DNA of 64,000 bases from Carcharhinus amblyrhynchos (lineage: Eukaryota): NCBI GenBank assembly GCA_965287045.1, contig OZ336885.1, positions 61,132,001 through 61,196,000 on the forward strand, written 5' to 3'. This document shows, piece by piece, positions 1 through 13,617 of the stretch; position 1 is the first letter of the stretch, and each line of letters opens with the position of its first letter. The notes beneath the pieces are model-generated. The model was not told where the DNA came from and searched no databases. It was given only the letters and a program-made list of their open reading frames with translations. The position numbers and the translations under genes are program-made.

Positions 1-388
1 TGTTGCGCTCCAAATTCCACAGTTGTGTTTTGATGAACCTTCAGTGAATTCGATTACAAACAGTTTCACATTCAATCTGCGATTGAGGCCCCAGTCCAAG
101 AAACGTTTGATGATGCGATTTCAGGAAGTCCACGGCATTTTACATGTTCAGTATCATTGATGGCGCCACGTCTGAACGAGTTTTGCCCGCCTTTGTTTCT
201 CGTGTTCGGAAGTGTTTCATCATTGGAATTAATCTATCCATATCTTGAGCAAATCTTCTACGTTAAATACCTACATTTGTTATCTTTATGTGGCGGAATT
301 CGAACTAATTCTATTCAATCATCGAAAAAGTTGCAAAATTTGAACGGGAGCTTTGAATCTGATTAACCAGAGTTTCGTTCCAACCAGA

Positions 389-2114
389 ATAAGAACATAA
401 GAAATAGGAGCAGTAGTAGGCCAACTAGCCCTTCGAGCCTGCCCCGCCATTCAATAAGATCATGGCTGATCTGTCGTGGCTCAGTTCCACATTCCCGCCC
501 TCTCCCCATAACCCTTAATCCCCTCTCTCATCAAAAACCCATCAACCCGCGTCTTAAAAATATTTAGCGAGGCAGCCTCCACCACTTCAACGGGCAGAGA
601 ATTCCAGAGATTCACCACCCTTTGAGTGAAGAAGTTCCTCCTCAACTCCGTTCTAAACCGCCCCCCCCCTTTATCTTGAGGCTATGCCCCCTAGTCCTAC
701 TATCCTTTCTGAGCGGGAAGAGTCTCTCCACCTCTATCCTATCCATTCCATTCATCATCTTATACGTCTCAATGAGATCACCCCTCATTCTTCTAAACTC
801 TAACGAGTACAAGCCTAATCTATTCAGCCTCCCCTCATAACTCAACCCCCTCAACTCCGGCATCAGCCTAGTAAACCTCCTCTGCACTCCCTCCAAGGCT
901 AAAATATCCTTGCGTAAGTACGGCGCCCAAAACTGCACACAGTACTCCAGCTGCGGCCTCACCAATGCCCTATACAGCCGCAGCAAGACCTCCCTACTTT
1001 TATATTCAATCCCCCTCGCGATGAAGGCCAGCATCCCATTCGCCTTCCTGACCACCTGCTGCACCTGCAAGCTGGGTTTTTGCGACTCATGCACAAGGAC
1101 CCCGAGGTCCCTCTGCACCGTCGCCTGCTGCAGTTTTTCTCCACGTAAGTAATAATCCTTCCTACCATTATTCCTACCAAAGTGGACCACCTCGCACTTG
1201 CCAACACTAAATTCCATTTACCATTTCCTGGCCCATTCGCCCAGCATATCTAAATCCTTCTGTAGACTCTCCCCACCCTCCGCACAATTTGCCTTTCCAC
1301 CAATTTTGGTGTCATCAGCAAATTTCGACACCCTACACTCGGTTCCCTCCTCCAGATCATCTATATAAATGGTAAATAGCTGAGGCCCCAGCACCGACCC
1401 CTGGGGCACTCCACTAGTCACCATCCGCCAATCCGAATAGCACCCATTGACCCCCACTCTCTGCCTCCTATTTGACAACCAGTCCTCTATCCACGCTAAC
1501 ACCCTGCCCCCAACTCCATGCCCCCTGACCTTCTGTAATAACCTCTTGTGAGGTACCTTGTCAAACGCCTTCTGAAAATCCAGACAGACCACATCCACCG
1601 GCTCTCCTCTATCCACCGCCCTAGACACATCCTCATAGAACTCCAGTAAATTTGTCAGACACGACTTCCCTTTAAGGAAACCGTGCTGCGTCTGCTCTAT
1701 CAAGCAGTTCCCTTCAAGATGCCTCGCTATTTCCTCCTTGATGACGGATTCTAACATTTTACCTACAACAGACGTTAAACTAACAGGCCTGTAATTCCCC
1801 GCCTTTTGCCTGCCACCCTTCTTAAACAACAGCGTAACATTAGCCGTTTTCCAATCTTCCGGCACTTCCCCGGAATCCAGCGACGTCTGGAAAATAACCA
1901 CCAAGGCATCCACTATCACCTCCGCCATTTCTTTCAGGACCCTCGGATGCATTCCATCCGGTCCTGGGGACTTGTCCACAATCAGCCCCTGCAGTCTGTC
2001 GAGCACCACCTCTCTAGTAACAGTAATGTCATCAAGACCCTCCAGTCCTACCACCTTTCCATCTCTAACATCCGGCAAATTATTCACGTCCTCCTCCGTG
2101 AAGACCGAAACAAA
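389..2114 (-). mobile_element. Young 5'-truncated CR1 LINE (ORF2 reverse transcriptase C-terminal part plus 3' tail), defective
   Basis: ORFs 1218-2135 and 642-1217 carry CR1 motifs [43 protein letters not shown] and LGLYSLE. There is a premature TAA at ~1218, a poly-G frameshift at ~665 and a (TTCTTATG)-type tail. The paralogous site at ~30272 is empty. Confidence 0.97.
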
Positions 2115-2349
2115 ATGATAGTTCGTTTTCAACATTTCTTATTAGTTACAGCAAACGGGTCCTACGTCTTTTTTTTCAGAGACATCAGGCTTCATTGTGA
2201 ATTTATGTTTCACATTTAGGATGAAGCAAATTGAATAAACTGAACCCTTCCAAACGCACGCTTTATACAACAACAGCAAATCTTCACTATAAACACTGTA
2301 GTATAGTTTAAAAAATAGAACTGAAAACAGCGCTTAAGAATATACTTAC

Positions 2350-2376
2350 CTTTCGTTTTGTCTTTTATTTCCTTTT
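2350..2376 (-). CDS. 27-nt phase-1 microexon EKEIKDKTK (left copy)
   Basis: aacag|AAAAGGAAATAAAAGACAAAACGAAAG|gtaagt. The paralog at 30508-30534 differs by one synonymous change. Confidence 0.78.
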
Positions 2377-3117
2377 CTGTTCATTTAGAGCAGGTTACAG
2401 AACTTAATATGAAATGTGTGTGGCGATTACACCTAACATACCTCGGGTTTTTGATTGTGGTGAAATATGCATTGAATATGAAGTAGCATCAACGAAACTT
2501 TATATGCGTAACGGAATCCAAATGACATTTCACACGTCTGTCTGCCAAAAAGAAAATGAGATCGAGTGCAGAATGATAATATTTGAACCAATGAATACAT
2601 GTTCGTTCCTGAGGGAGTCGATTTGAAACATCTTAGATGAAAATATGATGCTTTTTTCGATAAAAAAAGATGCTAGAGAGGGTCTAGATGATCTTCAGCT
2701 TTTGGCTGCTGAAGGCAAAACCAAGACTTTTGCAGCATTTAAAAGGCGAAATTATGAAAATCCCAGAATTTAAAACATGCTCACAATTCAATGTATTGTG
2801 AAGCAGAAAAAAGTCAGAGGTATGCAGAGATGAAGGCTTTGGGAAGAAAAAGAAAACATCTAAATTCATAGGTGTTGATGGACCAGGTGACAGTTTTACT
2901 ATTGAAGACAGAAAAAGTGGTGAAGCCGTGAGACTAGCAATCTTTCAAAACACCGACTGCGTCACAAGCATGATAGTGGTTGTTCTAGTTCACTCCACAG
3001 TTGGCATATATGAGAGTCTCAGCAGCCCAGTATCTCAGAATATGGCCAAAGTCATAAGCATGGAAATTAGCGGTATGACTTTGGTGGCTGACTCCTCCTA
3101 CTGAGTCACTATTTAAA

Positions 3118-3433
3118 GGCGGCACGGTAGCACGGCGTTTATCAGTGCTGCCTCACAGTGCCAGGGACACGGGTTCAACTCCAGCCTCGGGTCAGAGCCT
3201 GCCTGGATTTTACAAATTCTCCCCGTATCTGCATGGGTTTCCACCAGGTGCTCCGGTTTCCTCCCGCAGTCCAAAAATATGCGGGTTAGATTGACTGATA
3301 ATGCTGGATTGACACAAGTGTCAAGGGATTAGCAGGGCCAATCAGGGTCACGGGGATAGGAATTGGGTGGATTGTGGGGATGCAGACACGACGGGCCGAA
3401 CGGCCTCTTCTGTGCTGCAGCGATTCTTTGATT
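3118..3433 (+). mobile_element. tRNA-derived HE1/V-SINE-type SINE
   Basis: GGCGGCACGGTAGCAC head, GGGTTCAACTCC B-box, V-domain core GGTGCTCCGGTTTCCTCCC, and a CR1-like 3' end GGGCCGAACGGCCT. Confidence 0.88.
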
Positions 3434-3919
3434 GATGCCAGAACAAATTTATTATTGATGCCTCATCTTGCCATTAAGAATAATACAATTTTGCCAATGT
3501 TGCCTTGAAATGATTGGACTTCCAAAAGTTGTAGGGTTGGAATGTAGTCAGTTACTCATGATTGCTTTTGTCCAAAATCATTCGAAGATCTATTGGACGA
3601 CATTTCTTCCCATACAAGAACAGATGTCTGAAAAACAGTTTGATCAGCCTACAGATGAGATAGATAGATATTGACGTTGCAATTACGTAGAACATGTCTT
3701 TATGATGTTGGCATTACAATGCTGGCTAAAACCATACTGTGTGGATATATTCAGATATAGGTGCTATCTCTGTTTCCATCGATAATGACAATTTTACATC
3801 GAGTTTGCATATAAGAGAACATCATTTGAAGATAAATTTAGTTTCATTGTGCCAAACATTCGGTGCAACAATGGTCTGCACAGATATTTCAATAAGCCAC
3901 TCGAGGATTGCTTCCTCAC

Positions 3920-3955
3920 CTAATTCCTTCAGTGTACTCAGCTTTTCTTCATTCT
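3920..3955 (-). CDS. 36-nt phase-1 microexon ENEEKLSTLKEL (left copy)
   Basis: cttatttcag|AGAATG...GAATTAG|gtgagg. Paralog at 32060-32095. Confidence 0.8.
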
Positions 3956-6900
3956 CTGAAATAAGACGTCCATTCTTTATGATTTTCATGTATGTATTTT
4001 ACACAACCATAGCGAAAGGCAATTAACCAGTCACAGATATGTTAGCACTGTAGCTCTGGAAATGTTGGTCCAACTGAATGTTGCTCAATCTGAAGACTTT
4101 CTTTATTTCAATGCCCATCTCCTCTTTAGAGTCTGCAAACAATTCCCTGCTTATCACGATAAGTGACGTTGCTTCCAACGTAATTTCATGTCGTCACTCC
4201 AGTTAATGTCACGATAAACTTTGCTCCAACTGAGAACATTGTCACAGCTAAGTATTTCCATTTTAATAGAAATTGCAAGCATAATTAACATTTTGGCATT
4301 CGAAAAATAAAAAAAAGTTGGATTCTGATAAAAAGTCGGCATGATTTTATTCATAAATAAAGTCAGACAATTTCTTGTCCATCGACAGGATTGTCAGTAA
4401 TGTCGAAGGGCAAGTTTAATGCACTTATTAAATAACATCGTTTGAGGAGAGTGTTTCGAAGTGGAATTTATGCTGACATTAATAAGTTATGATTTTAATG
4501 AACCAAAACATAAAGCATCAAACAATTTTAGCAGAGACGACAGATATTAACGATTAATTAAATGTACTATATCAGATATGCATTTCTAACCTGCTCCGTA
4601 AATGGAATGCAGAATAAGAATTCATTGGAACAGGCTTATTTTACTGATTCACCAATTGCCTAGTAGTGTGATGCTGGTGTAGTGGTTTTTCAATTGTTTG
4701 GTCATCGACGCATGCGCTAGAGCGATATGTGATAATACAATTGTATTGCATGTTGATGTGTGTTTGTCGAGATGGGTGCTTTGCAGATAAATAAACTAAT
4801 TTCGGAGGCGAAGGCAATTCAATGAACATATGTTAGTCGTCTTCCAAAATACATTTTTGTTGGAACAATGTACACAACAAATTTCCAGGGACAGAGATGT
4901 CATGCGAAAAGTTAACGGTTGTTCCACTTCACATCCCCAATAAGCGCGATGAATATTTTGTGTCATTTGTCTTCATGTATCCATGACTAGCTTTTTTTAT
5001 TCAATTGCTTGATACAAACTCATCAGCCGGTTCGAGATCTGTGCATATAACATTAACAAAACAAAAAAAATGCAGTATAGTTAGCTATACTGCCCTTCAT
5101 GTCTGATTCATCAAACGGTGTAGTCATGATTTGGCGGGATATCTGATAATTTCTACTTTACCTACTGCGAGATTGACTGTCAGAACTAAAATTGTTGTGC
5201 GAACCTCACTTCTTGAGAACTTTGTCACAAGGTTTTAATTTCAAATTTGATCAACAGCACTGATAAATTAATGTCCATTGTCACACGCAGCAAACCAACT
5301 AATGCAGCGTCTCTCTTAATGGGAGAGCTGCGGATTTGACCAAAAATATTGCCAAAGTCCAGTGAATTAATACAGATTTTTATCACATTACACGCTTCAA
5401 CATTAAGTGATGCATCACACGTATACCAGTTGCCAAAATGTTCCGACGTATTTCAACTAATATACTCTTGAGATGCGTTATTTCCGTTTGGGCCATATGC
5501 AGTCCCTGCCAGTCTGTTGAACCACATTCGTTATTACATCGATGTGATTCTAGCTGAACTGGAGAACGTCAACAAGATTTTCCTTTACCTATCACCCAGC
5601 CAGGGGAAGGTGTCACATTAACAAAAGAGAATACACCATTTAGCGCACCTGCATTCATATGTGGAGAAGAATGCTGGCTTTATCAAAAACATTACACACT
5701 AAAATGAAATTATTTTCTAATATAACATTGAAACTTGTCTTGTGCGCTGTTGCATTGGTAGAATTGTGCATCCTCGTTCCACCTTTCCATCAAAGTAGCA
5801 GCAGATATATTTCAGTCGCTCAACAGAGAAAAGGGTCGTGGTCCCACCTCCTCTTCAAAAGGTATTCCTACTCGAGGAGAGTGGGCATTTATACTTTGGG
5901 ACCGGGTACTCTGAAAGAAAGAACAACCCTACAACATACTGAAAGGCGCTCCCAGAATTAAACATATGTCTACTCGTGATGATGAGTCGGCCCTTTAGGG
6001 TAGTATAACCTAAAACTGCAACCATAACATCTAATCGATCAACAATTATATTTTTCAAGATGAATATTTGGAATTGATACAACACTTAAGTGAGTGTTGC
6101 AGAATGCAACCCATAATCAGTCTTTTCATGAATTATGTTTAAATTATCTTGGCAAACCACAGTCAGCCCCACACCTGGAATTACATTTTTTTTTCGATTG
6201 CAATAAAGTCGGATAACCAACCCTGGGCAAACCAAGTGTCCGCAAATGCCTCGTCCGTTATTTAAATGGGTACTTGCCATGCTTTGATCCAGAGACCTTT
6301 GCTTCTGTTATTGTTTACAATAGAAGAAACATATTGCCCAATATTGAAATCTCTCGAAGCTGTTGACATTTCAGATCGCTAGGAAGCACTTTTTTATTTA
6401 AACCAAAGACAGATATGGATATGTCTGCCGATTGACATGTACGAACTTACATATTCGTGTTTTACACATGTTACGTGTTATCTATGCGTATGTCAGTAAG
6501 CAATTTTGTACACCGATACAAAGCGAAGTATCGAACAAACTAAGAGATCCAGTATTAAACAACAACTTGCACGAACACCTCATAGTCAATGGATAATTGA
6601 AATGCACCAATTAACTGTAATATTGCTGTTTCTTTGGGCATCAGAAAACACATTGTGAAGAATAAACATATCGAACGACAGGAGGAGAGGGGAGGGAGGG
6701 GAGCAAGGAATAAGAAAGAAATATAAAGAGAGAGAGAGAGCAACAACATCACGTTCCCCTTGATACTTCAGTGCACAAGTGTCAGTCGCTTGTGTACTTG
6801 CTTGTGCAAGCAATCTCGCTGGGCGGAACATAAAAAGAAATGCATCTAGGGGAGAGGAAGAGGCTTTCAGAATGTTTGCATTCTGCTTCTTGTTTTGCAG

Positions 6901-7009
6901 CATTTCTGCTGGGTCCCAAAAACTGTGTCCGCCCATTGTAACAAAGGTGTCACCATCATTTGGGAATTTGGTCGTCAAACTTGCTTTCGGTCATATGGAT
7001 CGGGTGTCA

Positions 7010-7437
7010 TGCCTTATGTGGATATTTTGAGGGAGCTAGGTTTTTTTCTCCTTAGAGATACGAAGGATGAGAGGTGACCTGATAGAATTGGATAAGATGT
7101 TGAGAGACATAGATTGGGCGGATTCTCAGAGGCTTTTTTTTTCCCCAGGGCTGCATTGGTTGCTACGAGAGGACACAGGTTTAAATGCTGGGGAGTAGGT
7201 CCAGAGGAGATATAAGGGGTATGTTTTTCAGTCAGAGGTTAGTGCGGAAGTGGAATACGCTGCCGTCGGTGGTGGTGGAGGCAAATTCGATAAGTTTTTT
7301 TCTTAAGAGACTTCTGTACGAGTACATTGGACTTAATATAATTGAGGGTTATAGGTAAACCTGGTAGATCGGGATATCATCGGCGCAACCTGTGGGCCGA
7401 ACGGCCTGTTTGTGTTGTCGATGTTTCTATGTTCTAC
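7010..7437 (+). mobile_element. Old CR1 3' fragment
   Basis: Degenerate LGLFSL..RRMRGDL / FFTQRVV region with a TTCTATGTTCTA tail. Shared with 35162-35587. Confidence 0.85.
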
Positions 7438-7837
7438 GAAAAAGTTCTACACAAACGTTTACTCATTCTTGAAAATGGCAGACCCCTTGACTAGCACTTC
7501 ACTCATGATTTCATGTGCCCACTTCTCCCAAATTTGACCGTCAGGTAATGCATTTCACAAAGCATTCTGAAGCCCTGATCTTGAAATAAGCGCATTGGAA
7601 AATCAAGATCCCTATATGGCGCCCTAAATACCGTTGCATTCTGACTTGGCAATTTTCCCCCATTCCTTCTCTGCATAGCGTAAAAATGTTCAATCTAACG
7701 AAAACCGATTTGAAAATGCACTGCATGGAATGGGACGAGTCATGTTGGCGAATCAACACTACGTTATCACTGAGTGACTGATATACTAAACAAAGTATGC
7801 ATCACGGTTATTGTTACAAGCTAGTCCTTGAACTAAC

Positions 7838-7864
7838 CAGCTCCAAGTACTCCGTTCTGTTCCG
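7838..7864 (-). CDS. 27-nt phase-1 microexon AEQNGVLGA (left copy; acceptor AAG)
   Basis: ctttccctcatttttctaag|...GGAGCTG|gttagt. The paralog has a CAG acceptor. The upstream intron is only 62 nt. Confidence 0.5.
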
Positions 7865-7926
7865 CTTAGAAAAATGAGGGAAAGTTGGATCTTAGGAAAA
7901 AAAATGTTTTATTGTTCTTGTCCGAC

Positions 7927-7962
7927 CTGCATCTTGCAGACGTTTCTTCGGAGTCGCAATTT
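7927..7962 (-). CDS. 36-nt phase-1 microexon EIATPKKRLQDA (left copy)
   Basis: tcttctccccag|AAATTG...GATGCAG|gtcgga. The paralog reads EIATLKKRLQDA. Confidence 0.7.
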
Positions 7963-8159
7963 CTGGGGAGAAGACGGATGAAACGAAACTGTTAACTAAT
8001 CCTCTGAAATGACAATAATGTTCAGCCTATCGTTGCTGCCTTGATCTTTTGTCAATTGTTTCAATTTCTTTCCGTTTCAGGAGTATACTCTATTTAATTT
8101 TTAGTCTATGGAAATTGACTTCACCAGCGTTATCCCACGTGCAGCATTTAAGGATAAAA

Positions 8160-9180
8160 AAAAACAAAGAACAAATGCAATTATAGCGCAGGAACAGGCA
8201 TTTCGGGCCTCCAAGCATGTTACCGTTGTGAACTAAAACCCCTACCCTTCCGGAAGCAATGTACCTTCATTCGCATCCTGGTCATGTATTTGTCCTGGCG
8301 CTTCTTAACAATCATTATCGTATCTGCTCCAAATTCAGGCCTGGCACGAATTCCAGTCATTCACAACCCTCCGTGTAAAATCAAACTTACACCTGCATCT
8401 CCTTTAAGCTTTGCCCCTTCACCCTTAAAATTATTACTCTGGGGAAAAAAATCGTTTTAATATCCGTACTGTCCATGTCCCTCATAATCCTATAGGCATC
8501 TGTCAGTTCGCCCATCAACCTCCATCTTTCTGGTCAGAACACATCAGTTTTTCTTGCAACATCTCCTCAGAGCTTTTGCCCTCCATACCAGGCGACATCT
8601 TGGAAAATATTTTCTGTAACTTCTCCAAAGCCTCCACAGCCTTCATGTATTGTGGCAACCAAAATTGAACACAATTTTCTATGTTTGGCCGAAATAGGGT
8701 GCTATAAAACTGCAATATGATTTGCCGATTTTTTTAACTCAATACCCCAGCCAATGAAGGCAAGCATAGGGTATGCCTTCTTGACTACCTTCTCCACCTT
8801 CGCTGCAATTCCAGTGATCTTTGTATTTGTCACCCAGACCCATTTGCTTACAAATACACTTAAGTGTTCTAACATTTACTAGATATTTCCCACCTGTATT
8901 AGACATCCCAAAACGCATTACCCCACATTTGTCCAGATTAAACTCGATCTGTCTCCTGTCCACCCAAGTTACCAATCTATCTATGTCTTGCCGTATCTTA
9001 CGACTATCCTCATTGCGAATCGCAATTCCAGCAACCTGTGTATCGTCCACAAACGTATTAATCAAGCCAGCTATATTTCCACCAAATCACTTATACATTT
9101 GTATTACAAACAGCCGTGACCCCAGCTGTGATGCATGAGAAACGCCAATAGCCATAAGCTTCCATTCCGAAATGCAATGT
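8160..9180 (-). mobile_element. Old degenerate CR1 ORF2 3' fragment
   Basis: Broken ORFs read FVDDTQV..QDIDRL..W..FNLDKC and YSTLFRPNIENCVQFW. Shared with 36207-37225. Confidence 0.9.
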
Positions 9181-9624
9181 TGGATGTCACAGAGAGATAA
9201 TCATGTTGTGGAGCAGCATAATATGTTGGTTTTATAGAACCGTCATTGGTAAGCAGGTACATATTTTTCTTACTCATCGGAATATTTTTCTACGTGTCGC
9301 CCATTAATAACAGACATTCAATTCGGTCAAATCAGTGTATTCAGATACAAATTGGTCCATTTGATAGGCTGTTGCTTGGTGGAATTTCACGTGCTGTCTT
9401 TGTAACTTATATTTGGAGCTGCCGGATATTGCGTGCACGTACATTTAAAACTGCATTTATAACGGGTATAATTGTATTGCTTGATGCTACTATATGCAAC
9501 AATTAAACGATATCTATGAATTTGAGCCTATTTATGTCAATGCAAGAGAATGAAGCAAGAGAGCATTTGATGCATTGCAACTGTACCAGCGGAGATCTCA
9601 AATCCATAGAAACCATAGAAATTA

Positions 9625-9955
9625 TCCATAGAAACCCTACACTGCAGAAAGAGCCCATTCGGCCCATCGAATCTGCACCGCCAACAATCCCACCCAGGCC
9701 CTATCTCCGCATTTTACCCACGAATCCCTCTGAACTACGCATCCCGGGACACTAGGGGGCAATTCAGACTGGCCAATCCACCTAACCCGCGCATCTTTGG
9801 ACTGTGGGAGGAAACCGGAGCACCTGGAGGAAACCCATGCAGACGTGGGGAGAATGTGCAAACTCTGCACAGACAGTGACCCGAGCTAGGAGTCGAATCC
9901 AGGTCCCTGGAGCTGTGAAACAACTGTACTAATCACTGTGCTACCGTGGCACTCC
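9625..9955 (-). mobile_element. HE1/V-SINE-type SINE
   Basis: Reverse complement of the GCCACGGTAGCACAGTG head and the GCTCCGGTTTCCTCCCACAGTCCAAAGA core. Confidence 0.9.
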
Positions 9956-12123
9956 GAATATATATAACATATATTCATACATAACAATGATCCGCGATGA
10001 CCACATTCATGCTATATGACTGCAAATCGAGAAGCCACCGTGCATAAACCAGATTCTGAGATTCTGAAATTGCAATCCAACAGCCGCATGTCTAGCATTT
10101 ATCTGAAGCAGTTACCGAACTTTGACGGGCTAAAGCGACTTGACAGTGCTAAGTGACAGATCAACATAAATGCAATGGCGGAGCGTTAGACATTCGTTCC
10201 AACGGCTGAGCTGTCGTTTAGTTTGGGTGGAGAGGTATGTTGTTCGGGTAGCTGAGTGAACAGAGTGAGAATCTGCGAATATATTGGAAGTGGGGTAAGC
10301 AAGATGAATTTGATTGCAATCCTGACGACTATAAGTTGCTCGATATAATGATATTAACGCAAGCTGAGATTGTCAGTCAGAAAATTGTATTGCATGCCAT
10401 GCCAGATAACTTGACGGTTTCGAAAAACTGCTTTCAAAATTGTTTTATCCCATATTCATGATAAACCACGATCTGCATGTTACTCCCTTAAATCTATCTG
10501 ACCTTCTAATTGTTAAGCAGAGGCCTTCTTGGTGATTCACCGGAAGAATTGCATGGACCAATTGAAGCTGCAATTTCAAGTTGTACCCATCCCTTATTTC
10601 TTTGTTGTTTTGACATCAACGTGTGATTGCATTTGTGATCATTGTCTCAGTGCGGGCAAGGCAGTAAAACAAGGAGCCCATGACATGTGTGACCAATCGG
10701 GACTCAGGACGTGCAATTGTTCCAGGGTGGGTGAAGTTCCAGGGCACATATATTTTCGGAGCACCAATGTTGCTTCTGCAAATTTGTTCCGAATGGAGAC
10801 ATGTTGTCTTCATTAAGTAATTCTTAACGGCACATGTTCAAAATATTCAGCGTCGAATACACAAAACAATTGCTGTTCATACCTTATTCTTGCTTTTCAT
10901 AAATGCACATTAGGAACTGAATCAGATATATTCCATCCATTTTTAACCCAATCAAATTCAATCTATCACAGACCTCCGATGAATTTTTGCACCATTCCAT
11001 ACCAATGAGGCGCAGCAAACATGCACGACATCAGAGATACGGAGGGAAAATATGACGTACACCATGCCGAAGCAAGATTGGCAACAGTTAAACAGCTGGA
11101 TCGTCATTTTGTTTTTTTTTACTAATGTTAAGCTCCCAACGCATGAACCTGCACATACACAGCATCCTTTTTTCTTCTTCACCAAATCTTATACAAATTT
11201 CGCAGCGCCAATACTACAGCGTGCAACAGTGAGAGTTGGGCAACTCCTTCCGCAAGCTTTAACATTTAACCAACAAATTGCAAACCTGTTATAGAAGAAA
11301 ATTGGCTTCCCATTCTCAGCCCTGAAAGACTAGATGTAAATTGTGGATGAGGCCTCTTGTGTCAGGGACTTGGAACTGGCAGTGGCGGTTTCTTTTTTTG
11401 TTTCCAAATGAACTTTTTTAAATATAACTTTCAAATCTTGAAGACGGACGCAATTTTAATTTCCCGGGATTATGAACTGTTGTTATTCTGACTTCGCAAT
11501 TTATCCTTGGGTTCCAGTTTGCCTTCTAATCATTATGTCTTTGAATGTTTTTTTTGTTAGAATAGTATCGCAAACAGGGCCGCTTTACTGGTCTACTGGC
11601 AACGAATCGTGTTGATTTTCTTATGTTCCTGATGCAAAATTGCAAATATAAACGTACGAGGCTGGCTGTGCTGTAATGTGTTAATTTAAGAAGTCATGTC
11701 ATAACTTATCTGGTGGAAAAGGCCGGCGAAGCCTTGGCATTCCTTTCATACTGGTCTCTAGAATGTCAAAGTCATGCTGTCCACTTTCAGCTGACAGCTG
11801 ATCACGGCTTGAATCATTCACCATCTCGACCTCCGAAACGGCAATCAATGGGCAGATTAAATAATAAAGATTCTACCAGGTTTTATCCATTCACATTATT
11901 CTACCTGCTTACGACATCTTCACAGTTTTCAGACATTGTTTCTTTCCAGCGTATTATAGAAATTGTTTTTATTGAAAGCGATGAATGCTAAACAATTTCT
12001 GTTTAGCTCTACGACTGGTTGCATGACGGGATGTGTCAAATCAACTGGCTGGAGTCCACAAGACAATTTTCATAAATTTGCACATACCAGACAAAGCAAA
12101 CAGGCACCGGTTTCATTGCTCAC

Positions 12124-12150
12124 CTGCATTTCTTTCACGGAGCTCATGGT
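12124..12150 (-). CDS. 27-nt phase-1 microexon DHELRERNA (left copy)
   Basis: ttttggttacgtgacag|ACCATG...AATGCAG|gtgagc. Paralog at 40212-40238. Confidence 0.78.
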
Positions 12151-12528
12151 CTGTCACGTAACCAAAACCAAAATAAAAACTATTTGGAAAAACATGTTCA
12201 CATTTCAACAACCATAAGTTATGTAAAACCTTGCAATACGCTCAATACTTTAACATTATGCACAGCTGATGCCCGTGCCTCCACCTATCGAATGGTTGAG
12301 TTTCATTTTCCGCCTAGTTAGGATACCTTTGCAGTGAGTGCATAATTTTCAACATCCAACAATGTTCTGTACTGTCGTATTATTGTCTATAAAAGGTTAT
12401 GTGATACAGAGTGGAATCTGTGAGTGATTAAAACTAAACTATCAAAAATGCACGTTTCTTTGTCAAACAATGTGCAATAGTGTTGTTATGATCATTTTCT
12501 GGAATATTTAATGTTATCAACTACTCAC

Positions 12529-12555
12529 CATCAACAGGGAGTTTACTTTCCAGCG
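12529..12555 (-). CDS. 27-nt phase-1 microexon ALESKLPVD (left copy; acceptor AAG)
   Basis: tatgtttaag|CGCTGG...GTTGATG|gtgagt. The paralog has a TAG acceptor. Confidence 0.65.
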
Positions 12556-12668
12556 CTTAAACATAGACGTAGTGGTACTTGATCATGACCGTGATTTTCA
12601 AAGCTTTATACAATTGCATATGATGAAAATCAACATAGAATGCTCGTCATTAAAGACAGATTACAGAC

Positions 12669-12695
12669 CTTTCACTTTATCTTTTAACCTTTTTT
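12669..12695 (-). CDS. 27-nt phase-1 microexon EKRLKDKVK (left copy)
   Basis: ttgttgttcccag|AAAAAAGG...GTGAAAG|gtctgt. Resembles the EKEIKDKTK exon. Confidence 0.72.
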
Positions 12696-13617
12696 CTGGG
12701 AACAACAACAATTCAATTAATTATTTTAATGGAATCTTAAACCATTCGTCGCAGTTTATTTTTCAGTTCGTTCTTATGACATTCAAGTCAATTCAAAACG
12801 CAGCTAAGATCCTGTGGTTGAATTCCCTTGCGTGCCAAGATTCTTTGTGGTACCAATTAATTCCATTGTTGCAAATAGCTGCCTGTTCATGGGCAAGGTG
12901 TTTAGAGAAACTAAGTATGTGATTTATGATTACGACCATATGAATACGAGGTAAAAGTAAAGCGTCCGATCTGTCCAGGCTGTTCCAAAAATGCAACAGT
13001 TTCGTGATTGATCAGACTGTGATCGCAACACCATAACCCACATTCACCTTAAATAAGTTGATTTACTGATCATTTGATTTTATGCTGCGGCCTAAATGTT
13101 TAATGTTGCAGACTGAACTTATGGACAGGAACAAAGAAAACTTTTAATTTCTCAATAATGGCGGGCTGTTTTTTTTATTTTAACTCGTTATTTATGTTGC
13201 TCCGACAGGAGGAGCTTGAATCATCCACCCACTTATTTCAACTAAGGGTGATACATTTTTCAGTAAGTTTACTTTTCATCCTTGATATTTGCAAAGTATC
13301 CCATCCTGTTTGGTCAATATTTGTAGGTAAGATGACAAAACCGGTTTAACTATCCGTCCAATAGCCTTGTATGAACGGCATCACATGATTGAAGGTTTTC
13401 TTCGGTCAAGAGACCAAGGTTCTGCACTCTACTCCAGATGTATTCATTCAAATGCACTGTGCAAGTATGGGTAAAATATACAGTATATTTGATGAGCATT
13501 ACAATTCCCAGGAAATAACATTGTTGCATTTGCCCCCTGAATCGCTTTGTGTTTCTCCGGAACATACATATATATACTTATATATTTCTGGTTCATGAAC
13601 GAAGGCCCCAAACCTAT

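Noticed and set aside
622-2219. Plus-strand ORFs 622-840, 910-1152 and 1806-2219 (and equivalents at 13886-14661)
   Set aside because: These are antisense shadows of CR1 ORF2.
5855-6085. 'GRLIITSRHMF', resembling a 3C-like protease His motif or a NACHT segment
   Set aside because: It is an isolated short match with no downstream catalytic motif, and the paralog's frame is truncated.
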